Shown here: in pieces, positions 1 to 11,987 of the stretch
Numbering within the stretch: position 1 is the stretch's first letter
How the letters are laid out: the number at the start of each line of letters is the position of its first letter
DNA from: Folioceros fuciformis
Lineage: Eukaryota
DNA length: 60,910 bases
Assembly (NCBI GenBank): GCA_049999805.1
Contig: JBNGIO010006095.1
Location: 70,393-131,302 of the forward strand
Direction: 5' to 3'
Made by a program: the position numbers and the translations under genes
Notes under the pieces: generated by a model
The model's input: the letters and a program-made list of their open reading frames with translations, nothing else
Told to the model about the DNA's origin: nothing
Databases searched by the model: none

Positions 1-3000
1 GGAAAAGACAAGGGCAAGAAGACACCCACATCTTCTACCTCTTCTTCCAACTTCCCGACCAAATGCAGTGGTAACTGTAATTGGTGTCAGATCCCAAGAC
101 ACTGGGAACGTGACTGCAGGAAAAAGAAAGTGGGTGAGCCTAAGAAGGATTGCAGATCTGAAGCTCACATTACATCAAAGGAGAACAAGACCTCTGGATC
201 TCAGCATAAGAGTAGGAGTACTGTCCTTACAATCTACCTGACTTCTTATAAGGATAAGTCTTCCTCCTGGTTTGTGGACTCTGGCACAACGGCTCATGTC
301 TGCAACAATCATGAACTCTTCTCCACCCTACACAAACAGCTGTCACCTCAACTAGTGTATGTTGGTGATGCTCGCGGTGTTAAGGTAAAAGGAACTGGTT
401 TAGTAAACACACCTCTTTCTGGTGGAACAGTTCTGCATCTGGATTATGTACTCTTTGTCTCTAAGATGAGTAAGAATCGTCCATCCATCAGAGCCCTTGT
501 TGAGAGTCAGAAATATGGCTTTAAGTTTGAGAACAAGAAGTGTAATACCTACCAGGAGTCATTTCGAGAAGTTTCTATTGCTAAGGCTGTTCTAATCAAT
601 GACTTATATCAGTTAGTAACACTTCAAAAATCCAAAGTAAGGGCTCTATTGGCTGCTTACAATGTACAAGCTAACCTTCTGCATGTACGTTTAGGACATG
701 TGAACAGGTCTAAGTTAGATCTTATGTCATCATCTAACTGTTATAGAGAACAGCTTCCTCCTTGCTTTAAGCATCTTGAGGCATGTCTCTCCTGCATATT
801 ATCCAAGCAAAAAGAGTTACCATTCAAGAATAAGACAGCAACAAGGGCCAAATCTGTCTTGGAGCTAGTTCATGCTGACATAGCTGGTAAACTCCCTATG
901 AAGTCTCTTGGCGACGCTGAATACTACCTCACGTTAACTGATGACTTCTTACGTTACACTTGGACTTTTCCTCTGAAGTTGAAGAGTGACGTGTTTGATA
1001 CCATTGCTTCTTGGATTCCAATGGTACAACGTCAAACTGGAAAATTAGTCAAGTGCTTTTGTACAGATAATGGAGGTGAATTTTCAAGTTACAGGTTTGA
1101 CCATCTTTTCCAGCAGTTCGGCATCATTCGGGAGCTATCTATTCCCTACACTCAATAGCAGAATGGTGTTGCCGAGCGTAAGAACCAAACTTTGATGGGA
1201 ATGACACGAAGCATGCTCTTGTGGTCATCCTGGCCTAAAAGCTTATGGGCTGAGGCTGTTGTTGCTGCCACATATATTTTGAATCGTGTGGTCACAGTAG
1301 CTCTCCAGGACAAACTCCTTATGAAGCCTTCTGGGGTAGGAAGCCAAGCCTTGTGCATCTTCGAGTTTTCGGGTCTTCAGTGTTTGCTTATATCCCTGAA
1401 CCCAAGAGGAGAAATTAGATGCGAGGGCTAAACCCCTCATATTCTTGGGTTATTCAGAAGAGTCCAAAGCTTACAAATTGTTTGATCCCCAAACCTTAAA
1501 AATTACACTCTCTCGCAATGTTACCTTCAAAGAATTGTCATCTCCTAAGCTGGATGTAGATCCTTTTGTGGATACCGATCAGTTTGTACATGCACTGCCA
1601 TTCACCTATCCAAGGTCAGATGGTGAACCTCCTTCACAACAGGAACATGAAGATGCAGATACTGCTGTACAGGCTATTAGGGATGACTCTGAAGCTCCAC
1701 CTGGAATTCAACAGGCTGCTTTACTTGTTGACCCTGATCCAGATGATGCTGATATGGATCTTCATGGGCAGGACTCTCATGATGACTTGTCATTACATGA
1801 CACGGAGGATTCCAAGCAAGCTACCTCAGTTATTGGATCGCTGGTTGGTGATTATGCACAACAAAACAAAGGTGAGATTCAGCCAGAGCCTTTGAGATAT
1901 CCCACTCGTGAAAGACGAACAAGGGAGAACTAGCTGAACCCACCCTATCAAGCTGAAGACTTCCGCAAGCCTACTGCTCATGTGATTGATCTTCATGTCC
2001 TTGAAGTTTGACCAAATCCTCAGTCCTATTCAGAGGCTCTAAATGGACCTGATGGAGATCACTAGTGCAAGTCTATAGATGATGAATATAACAGCTTGAT
2101 TAAAAATAACACTTGGTAACTAGTTGACTTGCCACTAGGCAGAAAACCTATCAGTTGCAAGTGGGTTTTTAAAACTAAGCTGAATTTTGATGGTACCATA
2201 GCACATTACAAATCCAGGTTGGTAGCCAGGGGTTTCAGCCAAATTCCTAGAATTGATTTTCGTGATACCTTTTTCCCCGGTTGTAAAACCACCCTCAGTT
2301 CGCATTTTACTTGCTATGGCCGCAAAGTTCGACTTAGAAGTCCACCAAATGGACGTGTGCATTGCCTTCCTACATAGTGAGCTTGAAAAACTCTGTTGTA
2401 TGGAACAACCAGAGGGTTTCGTTAGCAAGAAGTGGCCTAAGAAGGTTTGTAAACTCCTTAAAACTTTATATGGGCTAAAGCAAAGCCCAAGGGCTTGGTA
2501 TAAGCGTATTTTTAAGTACCTTCAGACGCTGGGTTTTCTTCAAAGTCCGGCTGACTCAAATGTGTTCTACCTTGCCACTAGTGCTCTCTTTGTTATCTTG
2601 GCTCTATATGTAGATGATTGTGTCCTGCTCAGCAATGACATAGGGCAGTTAAATAAAATTAAGGACATGCTCAGGCAGGAGTTTGAAATGACAGACCAAG
2701 GTGAACTTTAGTTTTGCTTGGGTATTCAGATCCTACAAAATTGACAGGTAGAACAGATAATCTTACATCAAACAAAGTACTTGAAGGAGATCCTCAAGCG
2801 TTTCAACCTTGATGAGGCTCGTCCTATTTCCACACCATCAGCAGTTGGGGAGAAGCTCACACGAGTTATGTCACCTCAGCTGTCTGCAGACATTGAGGAC
2901 ATGGCCTCTATGCCATATGCTGAAGCTGTGGGGTGTTTGATTTTCCTAGCAAACTGGACACGCTCCGATATTAGTTATGTTGTTAGCTAGGCGTCTCAAT

Positions 3001-3092
3001 TCCTCAAGCAGCCAGGAAGGATTCATTGGGCTACTGTAAATAGAATTTACAGATACTTAAAGTGGACTATCACATATGGTTTGCAATATACC
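1..3092 (+). pseudogene. Copia gag-pol, 5' part (protease, integrase, reverse transcriptase), disrupted
   Basis: ORFs 130-1158, 1192-1431, 1445-1933, 2129-2377, 2253-2711 and 2781-2990 each hold consecutive copia pol motifs, separated by stops or frameshifts. Confidence 0.93.
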
Positions 3093-6000
3093 TGTGGAGA
3101 GGAACTTGCACCCAAGTACCACCAAGGGCCACACTCTCCCCTTCTAATCGTCGTAGTACCAGGATTCGCTCCCAAGGGAGTGAACCGGTGTTAAGGTTTT
3201 CTCAATTTCCCCCACTCTGCCCTAATCTAATCCTATCTATTAGCCGGCTGCTAGACCTAACCACACTACAGCAAAAAGATCAGAACCCTGTCTTCAACAC
3301 TGACTACACCCCAGTTGAATGAAGACTCAGCATCATCTTCAGCCCCCACTCCTAGCTCCGGGTATTAGCCGCCTCAGCAGCTGAGAGGAGGTTCCAGCCC
3401 TGGCCTCAACCTCCACTCTCAGCCCCAAATGCCGACAACCTCAGCAGTTGATTGAGAACTTCAGCACCCAAGCTCCTCACCTCAGCACAATGAGTGGCCT
3501 GGCCCCTTACACCCTTTTGGCCAGGAACCCCCCCCCACTGTCTAAACAGGTCAGCACGCCTCCGACAGAACCCTGCACTCGTCAAAACCCTAAACCTAAC
3601 TCCGACCTAATCCCAACCTGACTCTGACCCAACCCTAACCCTGACTTGTGGCCCTAGTTGCTCTTATCAAAATTAATCAACCTCTCCAAACTACCAAAAT
3701 TCACTAGTACCTCTCGACACCCTTTTCCCTTTTCTGACCCTCTCCTTTCCCTTGGATCACCTGCAATCCTTCAAAGATCTTCCCTCCATTTTGATGGCCA
3801 AGGCCCATGACCCGGCAGATCTACTCATCTAGTGCCCTACAGTTCGTATCCAGACAGCTAACCATCAGCCACGGCCCAGGCACCTTCCCTTGCAGGCACC
3901 TGCTCTTGCATATGCAGTCAGCCGTATCCGCCTGAGACCACAGCCCAAATCCTGCTGACTTTCTTGCTTAGGATCCTGTAGCTAGGCCGCAGGTCGCTGC
4001 GTGGCTCCCAAATCCAGCCCCTAGCCGTCTCACGAGGGCCACCCTTGCTCCCCGCTTGGTAGGCCTGGCCTCGATCCAGCCAACTGTTGCTAAACCAGCC
4101 ACCTATCGAGATTCAGCCAGCCCGTCGACCGGTCACAATTCGACCACCCGCATGGCTGCCTGAGCCCCTCATTCCTGCTTGGATTCCACCGGCATGGTTG
4201 CCTGGATCCTGCCACCCCGGCCCGCTCAGCCCCAGCAATCTGGCCAGGCTTAGATTCTCCACCAACTAGCCAGTCTGCTCGACCGATCCTGGCACCCGCT
4301 TGCTCGGAGCACCGGTCACCTGGAGGCCAGTGCTCGCCTCTAATACCCTGGCCGACCAAGTCCGGCCCCAGCCATCTGGTGCCCCTCCTCCCACGCAGTC
4401 AGCCTTCAGCGCCAGGCCGCCTACACCGAGGCCACACACCGGCCTCTTGCCTTCCGGATCTAGCGAGGCAGCTAGCGTGCCTGGTTGCTTGGTTCCTGCA
4501 GCCAATCACTGCCCGGCTTCCCCAGCCGCCTTGTTGCCTAACCGATCCTGCCCACCACCCGATTGCACGCCACCCACTGCCGCTGCTGGCTAGCCGCCTG
4601 CAGCTCGATCTGCTGGGCGGGGTGCTGCCTGCCGGTCCCCATACTTATGATCGGGCTGCTTGCCAGCCAACCAGCCCGCCGCCTGCCTCCTGGATCAAAC
4701 AGCCTTGCCTAGCTGCCTGCTCCTCAACCAGCTGCTGCTGGGCCAGCCACCTGCTAAGATGCCCCCTAGCCTAGACTTCCCCCAGCCAACTGCTTGCCAA
4801 TTCCAAATCCAGCAGCTACTGATCCGCCTGCCGGCTTGAATTTCCTCCAGCCCCCTCCGCAGCCGGCCTAGTGGCCGTGCCTACCTGCACCCTAGTTGCT
4901 TTGGCCATGATCTTGCCACCCGCCGACTGGCCATGGTGTAGCTGGTCGACCTGGCTGCTGGATCCATTGTCCCCCCAGCCTTGCCTACAGCCCGCCTAGC
5001 TGGCCCCAGATCCCGCTGAGCCACCCGCAAGCCGCTAGGCAGGTACCTGCTCTGGTGGCGCCCCCTGCTCCTCGCCTGGCCGGCCAAGATCTCCTCCAGC
5101 TAGCTGGCTTGCACCATGCGGCTACCTGGTCAGATCCGCCGGCAGGATCGCCTGCCGGTCGCTTGCCAGCCAGCTTGTTGCCGACCAGCCAGGCCACCGG
5201 TGGCCCAGCCACCTTCCAGACCGCATGCCAGGCCGGCCTGTCCTCCTGGATCTAGCCAGGCAGCAGATCCGCCTGCAGGCTGCCACAACCGCCGCCTGGC
5301 TAGCTCCGGGCTCGCTAGATTCGACTAGCAAGGAGGACGTGCCCGCCAGCCAGCCCCTACCGGGCTCTGCCCCGGCGAGTGGATCGCAGGACCGCTGCGA
5401 CTCGGCCCCCTACTCAGCCGCCATGGCCTGTCTGAGTTCAATTTCCTTGCACCAGCCTGGATGCGCGACCTCCTGCTTGCCTTGGTCCCGCCACCTGCCA
5501 GAGGCTTGCCGCCCCTCCGGATCCTGCCAAGCTGCAAGCGCCTCCGGGGGCCTGTCACCTGATCTACCCCGGAGGCCACTTATCCTGCTGGCTACCCGTC
5601 TCAGCCCTAGCGGCTGGCAGCCTAGCTGCCTGGTGATCCGGCATCTGCCAGGCCGCTGCAAGCCAGCCTACCTGCTTGCAGCCCGCCTGGCCTCAGCGCT
5701 AGCCGCCAACTACCTGGCTCCAAATCAATTAGCCACTACCCACTCCACTGCCGCTACCAGACCGCCTAGATCCTCCGACGCCAGAGGCCGCAACCCGGCC
5801 TCCTGCTTTCCGGATCCAGTCAGGCAGCCAGCCTGCCCGACTTGGCTGCCCGCCAGGCTTGTCTGCTTGGAGGCAAGTAGCCAGCTTGCCTGGCTACTTG
5901 GGTGCCTGCATCCAAACACTGCCCAGCTTCCCTGGCCACTAGACCTGCAAGCTACAGCCTGGATCTGGTGGCGGCTGCCTGCATACATCCGCCCCCTGCA

Positions 6001-7270
6001 ACTTCGATCCGGCCAGCCCGTTGTTTGGGCCGTTGCAAGTTGCCTCGCCAACCAGCTTGCCACCGACCAGCCAGGCCGCCGGTGGCCTAGCCNNNNNNNN
6101 NNNNNNNNNNNNNNNNNNNNNNNNNNNNNNNNNNNNNNNNNNNNNNNNNNNNNNNNNNNNNNNNNNNNNNNNNNNNNNNNNNNNNNNNNNNNCTAGAGCT
6201 GGACCCGGTGCTCCCCTACCCCTACTGCCGCTGCGAGGCCGCCTGCCTGCAGTGGCTGGCGGCTTGCAGCCAGGCCATGCTGCCTAGTTGTAGCCAGACC
6301 GAGCTGCCCGTCTGCAGCCGGTACCCAGCTGCTTGCTCGCAACCGTCTGGCAGGATCTGCTCCGCCACCTGCCTCCTAGACCCCGTCGGGACCTCAGCCG
6401 AGCCCCAGCCTGCTAGCTCCTGGCTGGCTAGATCCGGCTGGCAAGGTGGTCGTACCCACCAGCCAGCCCTACTGCCTTGCTCCGCCTCGACCAACCGCCA
6501 ACAAGCCGGCCGGCAGGACGGCCTGTCTTCTAAGCTGCCTACCTGCACTAGTGTCGGCCCGCCACTTGCGCCAGTGTCGGGCCACCTGCCCCTCAGCCAC
6601 CAGCCGCTGCTCAGCTCCAGGCCCTCGCCTAGAAACTTGCACCCCTGCGCCCAATCGTCTAAAACTGGCTCTGACCCTGCCGCGCAAATCCAGCAGCCCG
6701 GCTAGTCTTCCCGTCATGACCCGTCCCGCCTGACCCATCCTCGACCAACCGGCCGGATCCGACGGCCAGGCCCCTGCCATCCTGCCGCCGATGCAACCAG
6801 CTAGTCAGCCCCGCTGGTCGCACGGCCGGGCCACTGCAGGCTCCCAGTTCCGACCAGGCAGCCTTCCCACGAGGCCCAGCCTGCCTGCTCTCAAGATCCT
6901 CAGCCCCCAGCGCACCTTGGCAAGGCCATGGCAAGTCTAAGCACGCCACCCCCATGCCTATGCCCAACTGCCTTCCGCACGCTCCCAAGGCCCCAACTCA
7001 CCCTCACACGCCCGACTTAGGAATCCAGACACACCGGCGTCCCTCTCCACGGGCACACCTACCCCCTACTTCACATTTTCCACCGCCACGGGCTAGTTAG
7101 ACGATTGTTGACTTTCTAAACTGCACCACCACTATCTCTGATCATCCTATTTAATCTAGCCTTATCTAAAATAGTTTCCTAATTACCTCTCCAAGGAATT
7201 CTATCAAAACTCCAAAAAAAACAAATACCACCCATTTTCTAAGGGGCCTATCCACCATGTGGTCTCCACA
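3093..7270 (-). mobile_element. Non-coding GC-rich LTR-type insertion (giant solo LTR or assembly-collapsed element) nested in the copia pol
   Basis: Termini TGTGGAGA (3093-3100) and TCTCCACA (7263-7270) form a perfect 8-bp inverted repeat. It is flanked by the 5-bp TSD ATACC (3088-3092 and 7271-7275). Removing it restores the copia frame YGLQYT-SSGSKSLELISYADADWA. Contains an N gap at 6093-6192. Orientation is inferred only from a motif shared with 11229-11987. Confidence 0.88.
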
Positions 7271-7777
7271 ATACCTCAAGTGGGAGTAAGAGTTTGGAAC
7301 TTATCTCATACGCGGATGCTGATTGGGCGTCTGATGCACACACCCGTCGCAGCTTGTCGGCATACTACTTTCTTCTAGCATCAAGCTCCGTGAGCTGGAG
7401 CTGTAAAAAAAAAACTTTCCTAGCTTTGTCCTCAACCAAAGCTGAATACAAGGCCCTTATGGATGCCTAAAAAGAAGCTGAATGGCAAAGGCAGTTTCTT
7501 GAGTCAGTGCAACAAATGCAAATCGGACCAACTAAGCAATATGGGTGCTATAGCTCTCGTTTCCAATCCCAGGTTTCATGCGAGGACAAAGCATATAGAG
7601 CTTTATCATTACTATATTCGGGATGTGGCAAAACGAGGAGCTATCAAAGTTCAGTACATCAGTACTCACCTGAACACCGCTGATACTTTTACAAAAGGGC
7701 TCCCAAAGGCCAAACATTTTCAGCACATGGCTGCCTTAGGTCTGAAAGAGTTCAGCTACCCTAAGAAAGTAACCTAA
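7271..7777 (+). pseudogene. Copia RNase H, 3' part of pol, frameshifted
   Basis: YADADWASDAHTRRSLSAYYF...VSWSCKK...ALSSTKAEYKAL...AIALVSNPRFHARTKHIELYHYYIRD...ADTFTKGLP. Confidence 0.93.
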
Positions 7778-7964
7778 CTATTCTATGCAGAACCATGGCT
7801 TTTTCCTAGTGAGTTCACTGTTGTCCTGTCCACACATGGGATATGCATCTTAGTGGCCCTTGCCACCGTTCTATTTTGAAACTGCTCCAGGGTTGTAGCC
7901 TCCTTGCTTAGAAAGACAGGTCTTAGATTAGTGTCAAACACATGGACTGTCCAGAGGATGAAGC

Positions 7965-8477
7965 TCATTTCACAAATCCAGTTGTGGACAGAACATAAAG
8001 TATGTTTAGTGTAGAACTCACCTTGTACAACTTCTTCCTGCATAGTGGACACAGTCGGCTACTGTAGGTGCACACGCAACAGTCTCTACCTGCACGTCTG
8101 GTCCTGTTTGCCTCGATGTGATTACAGACTTCATTCGCAGTGCCAACAGCTCGTGCAATAGTTTCTTCAACCAGAGCTGCCTCCTGCCTAGCAACCTCGA
8201 CCCTCTTCACATCTAGGAGCTTCTCCGTCTCGTCAAGCGTGGCCAAAACTGCTTCAACTTGGTCAGGTAGCACGTGAGCAGTGGGAGGACCTATGTGAAC
8301 TCTAGTTCTGCTACGAGGAGCGCTCTCTACCTCTTCACCCATGGAGTTTAGAGTTGGATCCAAATCTGTCAAGCCGGGCCTGGATGTCTCGGAGGAATCA
8401 GAAGACTTCAGCTCTGACACTGGACCGCAAGGGTTGCGAGGAGGCAAAGCAGGTGATGGTGCCACTTCAACTTCCAC
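7965..8477 (-). other. Antisense ORF of unknown function between copia pol and the 3' LTR
   Basis: 170-aa ORF with a Pro/Ser-rich N-terminal part, a coiled-coil-like helix (VEAVLATLDETEKLLDVKRVEVARQEAALVEETIARAV) and a Cys cluster (CCVC...LCPLC). The frame continues upstream through a TAG at 8526-8528. Confidence 0.4.
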
Positions 8478-8806
8478 AGGCGCCGCAGTTGGTTTGGCGC
8501 TTCCGACTTCAGGGCGTCCTTGTGCCTAGCTTCCATTAGCGCTGCCACTGCTGGTCTTCTTCATCCTTGGGCGTCTTGTGGTTGAGGGTGGCGTCGGCAC
8601 TGGATGTGGCCCTTGTGCGCGTTCCTGCCTTTATGTATGTGCCACCTCCCTTTGTAACAGGTAGCATGCACAAGAGGAACGCGGACAAGAGCTCCATGTG
8701 GTGTATCGTGTCACTCATAGGTAGCGGTGGCTTAAGGCTCCTATATGATTACAGTCTATGGGAAGTAAAGTGTGTATGAGTAACCCTCGTTTGGGTTTAG
8801 TGGGAG

Positions 8807-8993
8807 TGTTGGAGAATTAAACCCAACATGAGTTTACTTAAGATAGGTTACTTGAGGGTTAACCTATCTAACTCAAAGGACACTTAAAATTTTTGTATAT
8901 AAGAACATCTGTATTCATTTTTATATACACACACATTACATTTGTATCTTAGTCTTGCTTCTTAGTCTAGGTACTCTAGCTAATTACAAGACA
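8807..8993 (+). repeat. Putative 3' LTR of the copia element
   Basis: Purine tract AGTGGGAG (8799-8806) immediately followed by TGTTGGAG; TATA-like TATATAAG near 8896; ends about ...CAAGACA where similarity to the gypsy LTR begins. Right boundary is approximate. Confidence 0.6.
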
Positions 8994-8996
8994 TAA

Positions 8997-9082
8997 TTGT
9001 CACCGTCCTCCTGTCAAAAAAACAAAACAACCACCAAGTCCCGCACTCGGCAAGGGGATTTCTAAACATTTTTCCGTCTACA
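8997..9082 (-). repeat. Inverted copy of the start of the gypsy LTR at 10978
   Basis: Reverse complement TGTAGACGGAAAAATGTTTAGAAATCCCCTTGCCGAGTGCGGGACTTGGTGG... aligns over about 80 nt with 10978 TGTAGACGAAAAAATGTTTAGAAATCCCCTCGTTAAGTGCAAGACTTGGTGG...; differences are mostly transitions. Confidence 0.85.
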
Positions 9083-11228
9083 ATGCCGCCAAGAGAGAAG
9101 GCTTTTCAGGATCTTTGGACTACTCTCATCACGGCCCCAACCCTCAAGCGACTTGACTAGACGAGAAAACTTCATGTGTGTGGACGTTTCTGCCTTCGCA
9201 ATTGGGACTATCCTCATCCAATGAGATGGGAAGAAGCAGGATCACCCCATCTATTACACAGGGCGATAGCTTACTGAAGCAGAGTGGAAGTATACCACTA
9301 CTAAGAGGGAAGCGCTAGGAATGGTATACTCCGTTCGGAAGTTTCGCCATTATTTGCTCTCGTATGAATTCGTCTTCCATGTGGGCCACTTTGCCCTTAA
9401 GCACCTGGTGAACAAAGTGGATTTGTCTGGGCACATTGCTCGGTGGATTCTACTACTGCAGGAATTCACCTTCACAGTCGAAACACAGGAAGGCAGCAAA
9501 CATGTGAACGCGGACTATATCTCATGCCTGCAAAGAGAAGAAGAACTCAAAGCCAGGAGGATGAGTTCCCCGACGAAGCTCTATTCGCAACGAAGTTAGA
9601 GAAGGAAGCGGCTGCACCAAATCTGAAGCAAAAAAGCAACGAGGGTGTGGTAGAAAATGAGAAGGGGAGACCCGCTTACACCAGTCCTACTTACAAAGAA
9701 GTATTTGAGTTCCTGGAGTTGGGGAACGTTCCCTCGGACCTATCGAAGCAGCAACAACATGCTTTTGTCCACTATGCTTGCCCGTTTATCCACAGCGGCG
9801 ACGACTTGTATCGCGTAGGGCTGAATGGAAGGGAGAGGTTATGGGTAATGGAGGAACAGATTCCCCGAGTGCTGGCTGAGCTACACGAAAGGAGAGGTAG
9901 GAGGACATTTTGCTGCTCACATCACGTGTAGAAAGATCCTGGAAACCGGGTACTGGTGGCCGAATATGCATCGAGACACGAGAGAGTTTGTCTAGCGGTG
10001 TGATGCTTGCTAGAGGGTGGGCAAGCCAACAGCCACCACACAATGGCCTTTGGTTCCAATTCTAGCCTTGGCACCATTTGAGAAATGGAGAATCAACTTT
10101 GTAGGACCTATCCAACCCAAGACAAGGACTCGTTAGAATCAGTATATCCTGGTGGCCACTGATTACTCCACACGCATGGTGGAGGCACAAGATCTTTAGG
10201 TAGACACAACTCATGTGGTGGCCAAATTTCTATACGAGCTGTTGATTGCCCGCTATGGGTGTCCCTTAGAGTTGGTAAGCGACCAAGGTATGCACTTTGT
10301 GATTGAGGTTATTTCTCACTTGAATGAGTACTTCAACGTTCGACACCGAAGGACGACCCCCTATTACCCGAAGGCCTACGGATTGACAGAGAGGGTGAAT
10401 GGGCTCCTGTGCCGGATCCTTAATAAGCTAACGGTAGAGTATGCCTATGACTGGGACCTAAAGCTCCATTTTGCACTATGGGCATTTAGGACTGCGGAAA
10501 GGATCATGACACAGAAGACGCCTTATTACCTTACCTATGGACACCACCTAGTAATGCCAGTCGAATTTGAAGTTCCTACCTTGCACATTCGGGAGACAAA
10601 TTGATGTCTGCAGAAGAAAGTCAATTGGAGCAACTGGTCAGCTCCGTGAGGCACACTGAGGACAGGGAGCAGGCGCTGGATGCCATGCAGGAGGTACAGG
10701 CGAAGCAGAAGGAATGAGATGATCACAGGTTGCGGAAGTAGGAATGGGTGATACTAGGAGATTTGGCTTTACTGTATGATAATAGATACATGCATTTTCC
10801 TGGTAAACTACATCTGAGATGGATGGGACCATACCAAGTGGTCAAACATTTTGTGAATGGATCCATACAGTTGCAGCAGCTGGACGGGCAGCCACTACCA
10901 ACCAGAGTCAACGGTTAGCGAGTGAAGAGGTACTACACGTAAGCTGGCGAGGGCGCCAACAAATGAGAAGGGGAGTATGTAGACGAAAAAATGTTTAGAA
11001 ATCCCCTCGTTAAGTGCAAGACTTGGTGGTTTTTTGTTTTTTTGATAAGATGGATGTGAAAGCAGCTTAAGTTGGGAGTGGGCTAGAGTATTTATGCACA
11101 AGACCTCCTTGGGTCTTGAAGTTTTAAGGTAAGTATAGGGTTGACCAATGACTAGTCTGTGGATCAGGTCGGGGAGGGTGCTACTTGGTCCTTGGGTCTC
11201 GATGTTTGAATAAGTTCCATGAAGCCTA
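9083..11228 (+). mobile_element. Decayed Ty3/gypsy retrotransposon: RNase H, integrase, purine tract and start of the 3' LTR
   Basis: EKAFQDL..LITAPTL; HPIYY..R*LTEAEWKYTTTKREALGMVYSVRKFRHYLL; integrase zinc finger (GGHFAAHITCRKILETGYWWP..CDAC); core RYGCPLELVSDQG..TTPYYPKAYGLTER; GPY motif (LRWMGPYQV). Purine tract GAGAAGGGGAG at ~10965-10975, LTR starts TGTAGACG at 10978. Confidence 0.9.
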
Positions 11229-11987
11229 TGTAAGGACCCCCCCCCCCCCCTACATTAGAATAAGGAGCAACCAGCTGTGGAGGAAGAGTCGTGGACTAAG
11301 GTTGGAAAGAGGTGAGGTGCTTGAGAAAGTGTGTGGGAGCCTGGACGAGATTCCTGGAGGATTTATAAGAAATCATGAAGTGTGTGTGTGAACGGTGGTT
11401 GAGCCTGATTGAAGCTGGTAAAGAGTTGTAAAGGATTGGGCCACGTTCGCGGAAGATCTGCGGCGCCATTCGAAGGTGTGTGTGAGTGCGTGTGAGTGAG
11501 GAAGGGGGGGGCGCCCAGGCCCGTGGGGAAGAGAGCCGACTACGGTGCCATGCTTCCCTAGGGAGTGGCACCCATAGGTGTGCAAAACACCCAACAAAAC
11601 TGGCCTTGTGAGTCTGGAAGCCCGGAGCAGAAACCCACGATGGGAACCCGCGGCGGCGCATGCGCTGGGAAAATATTAGTTAGGGTTTTTAGGGTGGGAC
11701 CCACCACGGTCATGGAACCCACTACCGGTCGTGGGAGCTATTAGTGGTTGTGGAGACCATGACCACTGGCGTTGTGTAGGGACTAGTGTCATAAAGTAGG
11801 ACCCGCGGTAGTTAGGCTACCTGAGGGGTAGTGGTTGGGCGTAGTTGGTAGTAGAACTAGCAGTAGATAAGGCTTGACCTAATCAAGAGTCAGTATTAGA
11901 AGAAACTTGTGTTACTTGGCACAAATCATTCCCTTGGGATTGAATCCCATGGCTAGAATGACATAGAGGGTTTGTGTGGGCCTCACA
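11229..11987 (+). mobile_element. LTR-like segment (possible solo LTR)
   Basis: Starts TGTAAGG and ends CCTCACA (imperfect inverted termini); TATA-like TTTATAAG near 11362; subterminal motif TCATTCCCTTGGGATTGAATCC similar to the reverse complement of ~3161-3183. No matching TSD found. Confidence 0.45.

Larger units (their letters stand above)
1..8993 (+). mobile_element. Decayed Ty1/copia LTR retrotransposon (5' end outside the window), interrupted by a nested insertion at 3093-7270
   Basis: Copia domain order: gag zinc knuckle CNWCQIPRHWERDC (~76-117), protease WFVDSGTTAHV, pre-integrase LLHVRLGHVN, integrase VHADIAG...TDNGGEF, RT (CKWVFKTK, HQMDV, LYGLKQSPRAW, LYVDD), RNase H (YADADWA, RTKHIELYHYYIRD, ADTFTKGL). 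Many stops and frameshifts. Purine tract plus TGTTGG at 8799-8812. Confidence 0.95.

Noticed and set aside
4087-6988. Many overlapping Pro/Ala/Arg/Cys-rich ORFs on both strands
   Set aside because: Expected by-product of GC-rich low-complexity DNA inside the LTR-type insertion; no domain motifs.
9059-9068. TTCTAAACA as the end of the copia 3' LTR
   Set aside because: It lies within the inverted gypsy-LTR homology (8997-9082), so the copia LTR must end earlier.
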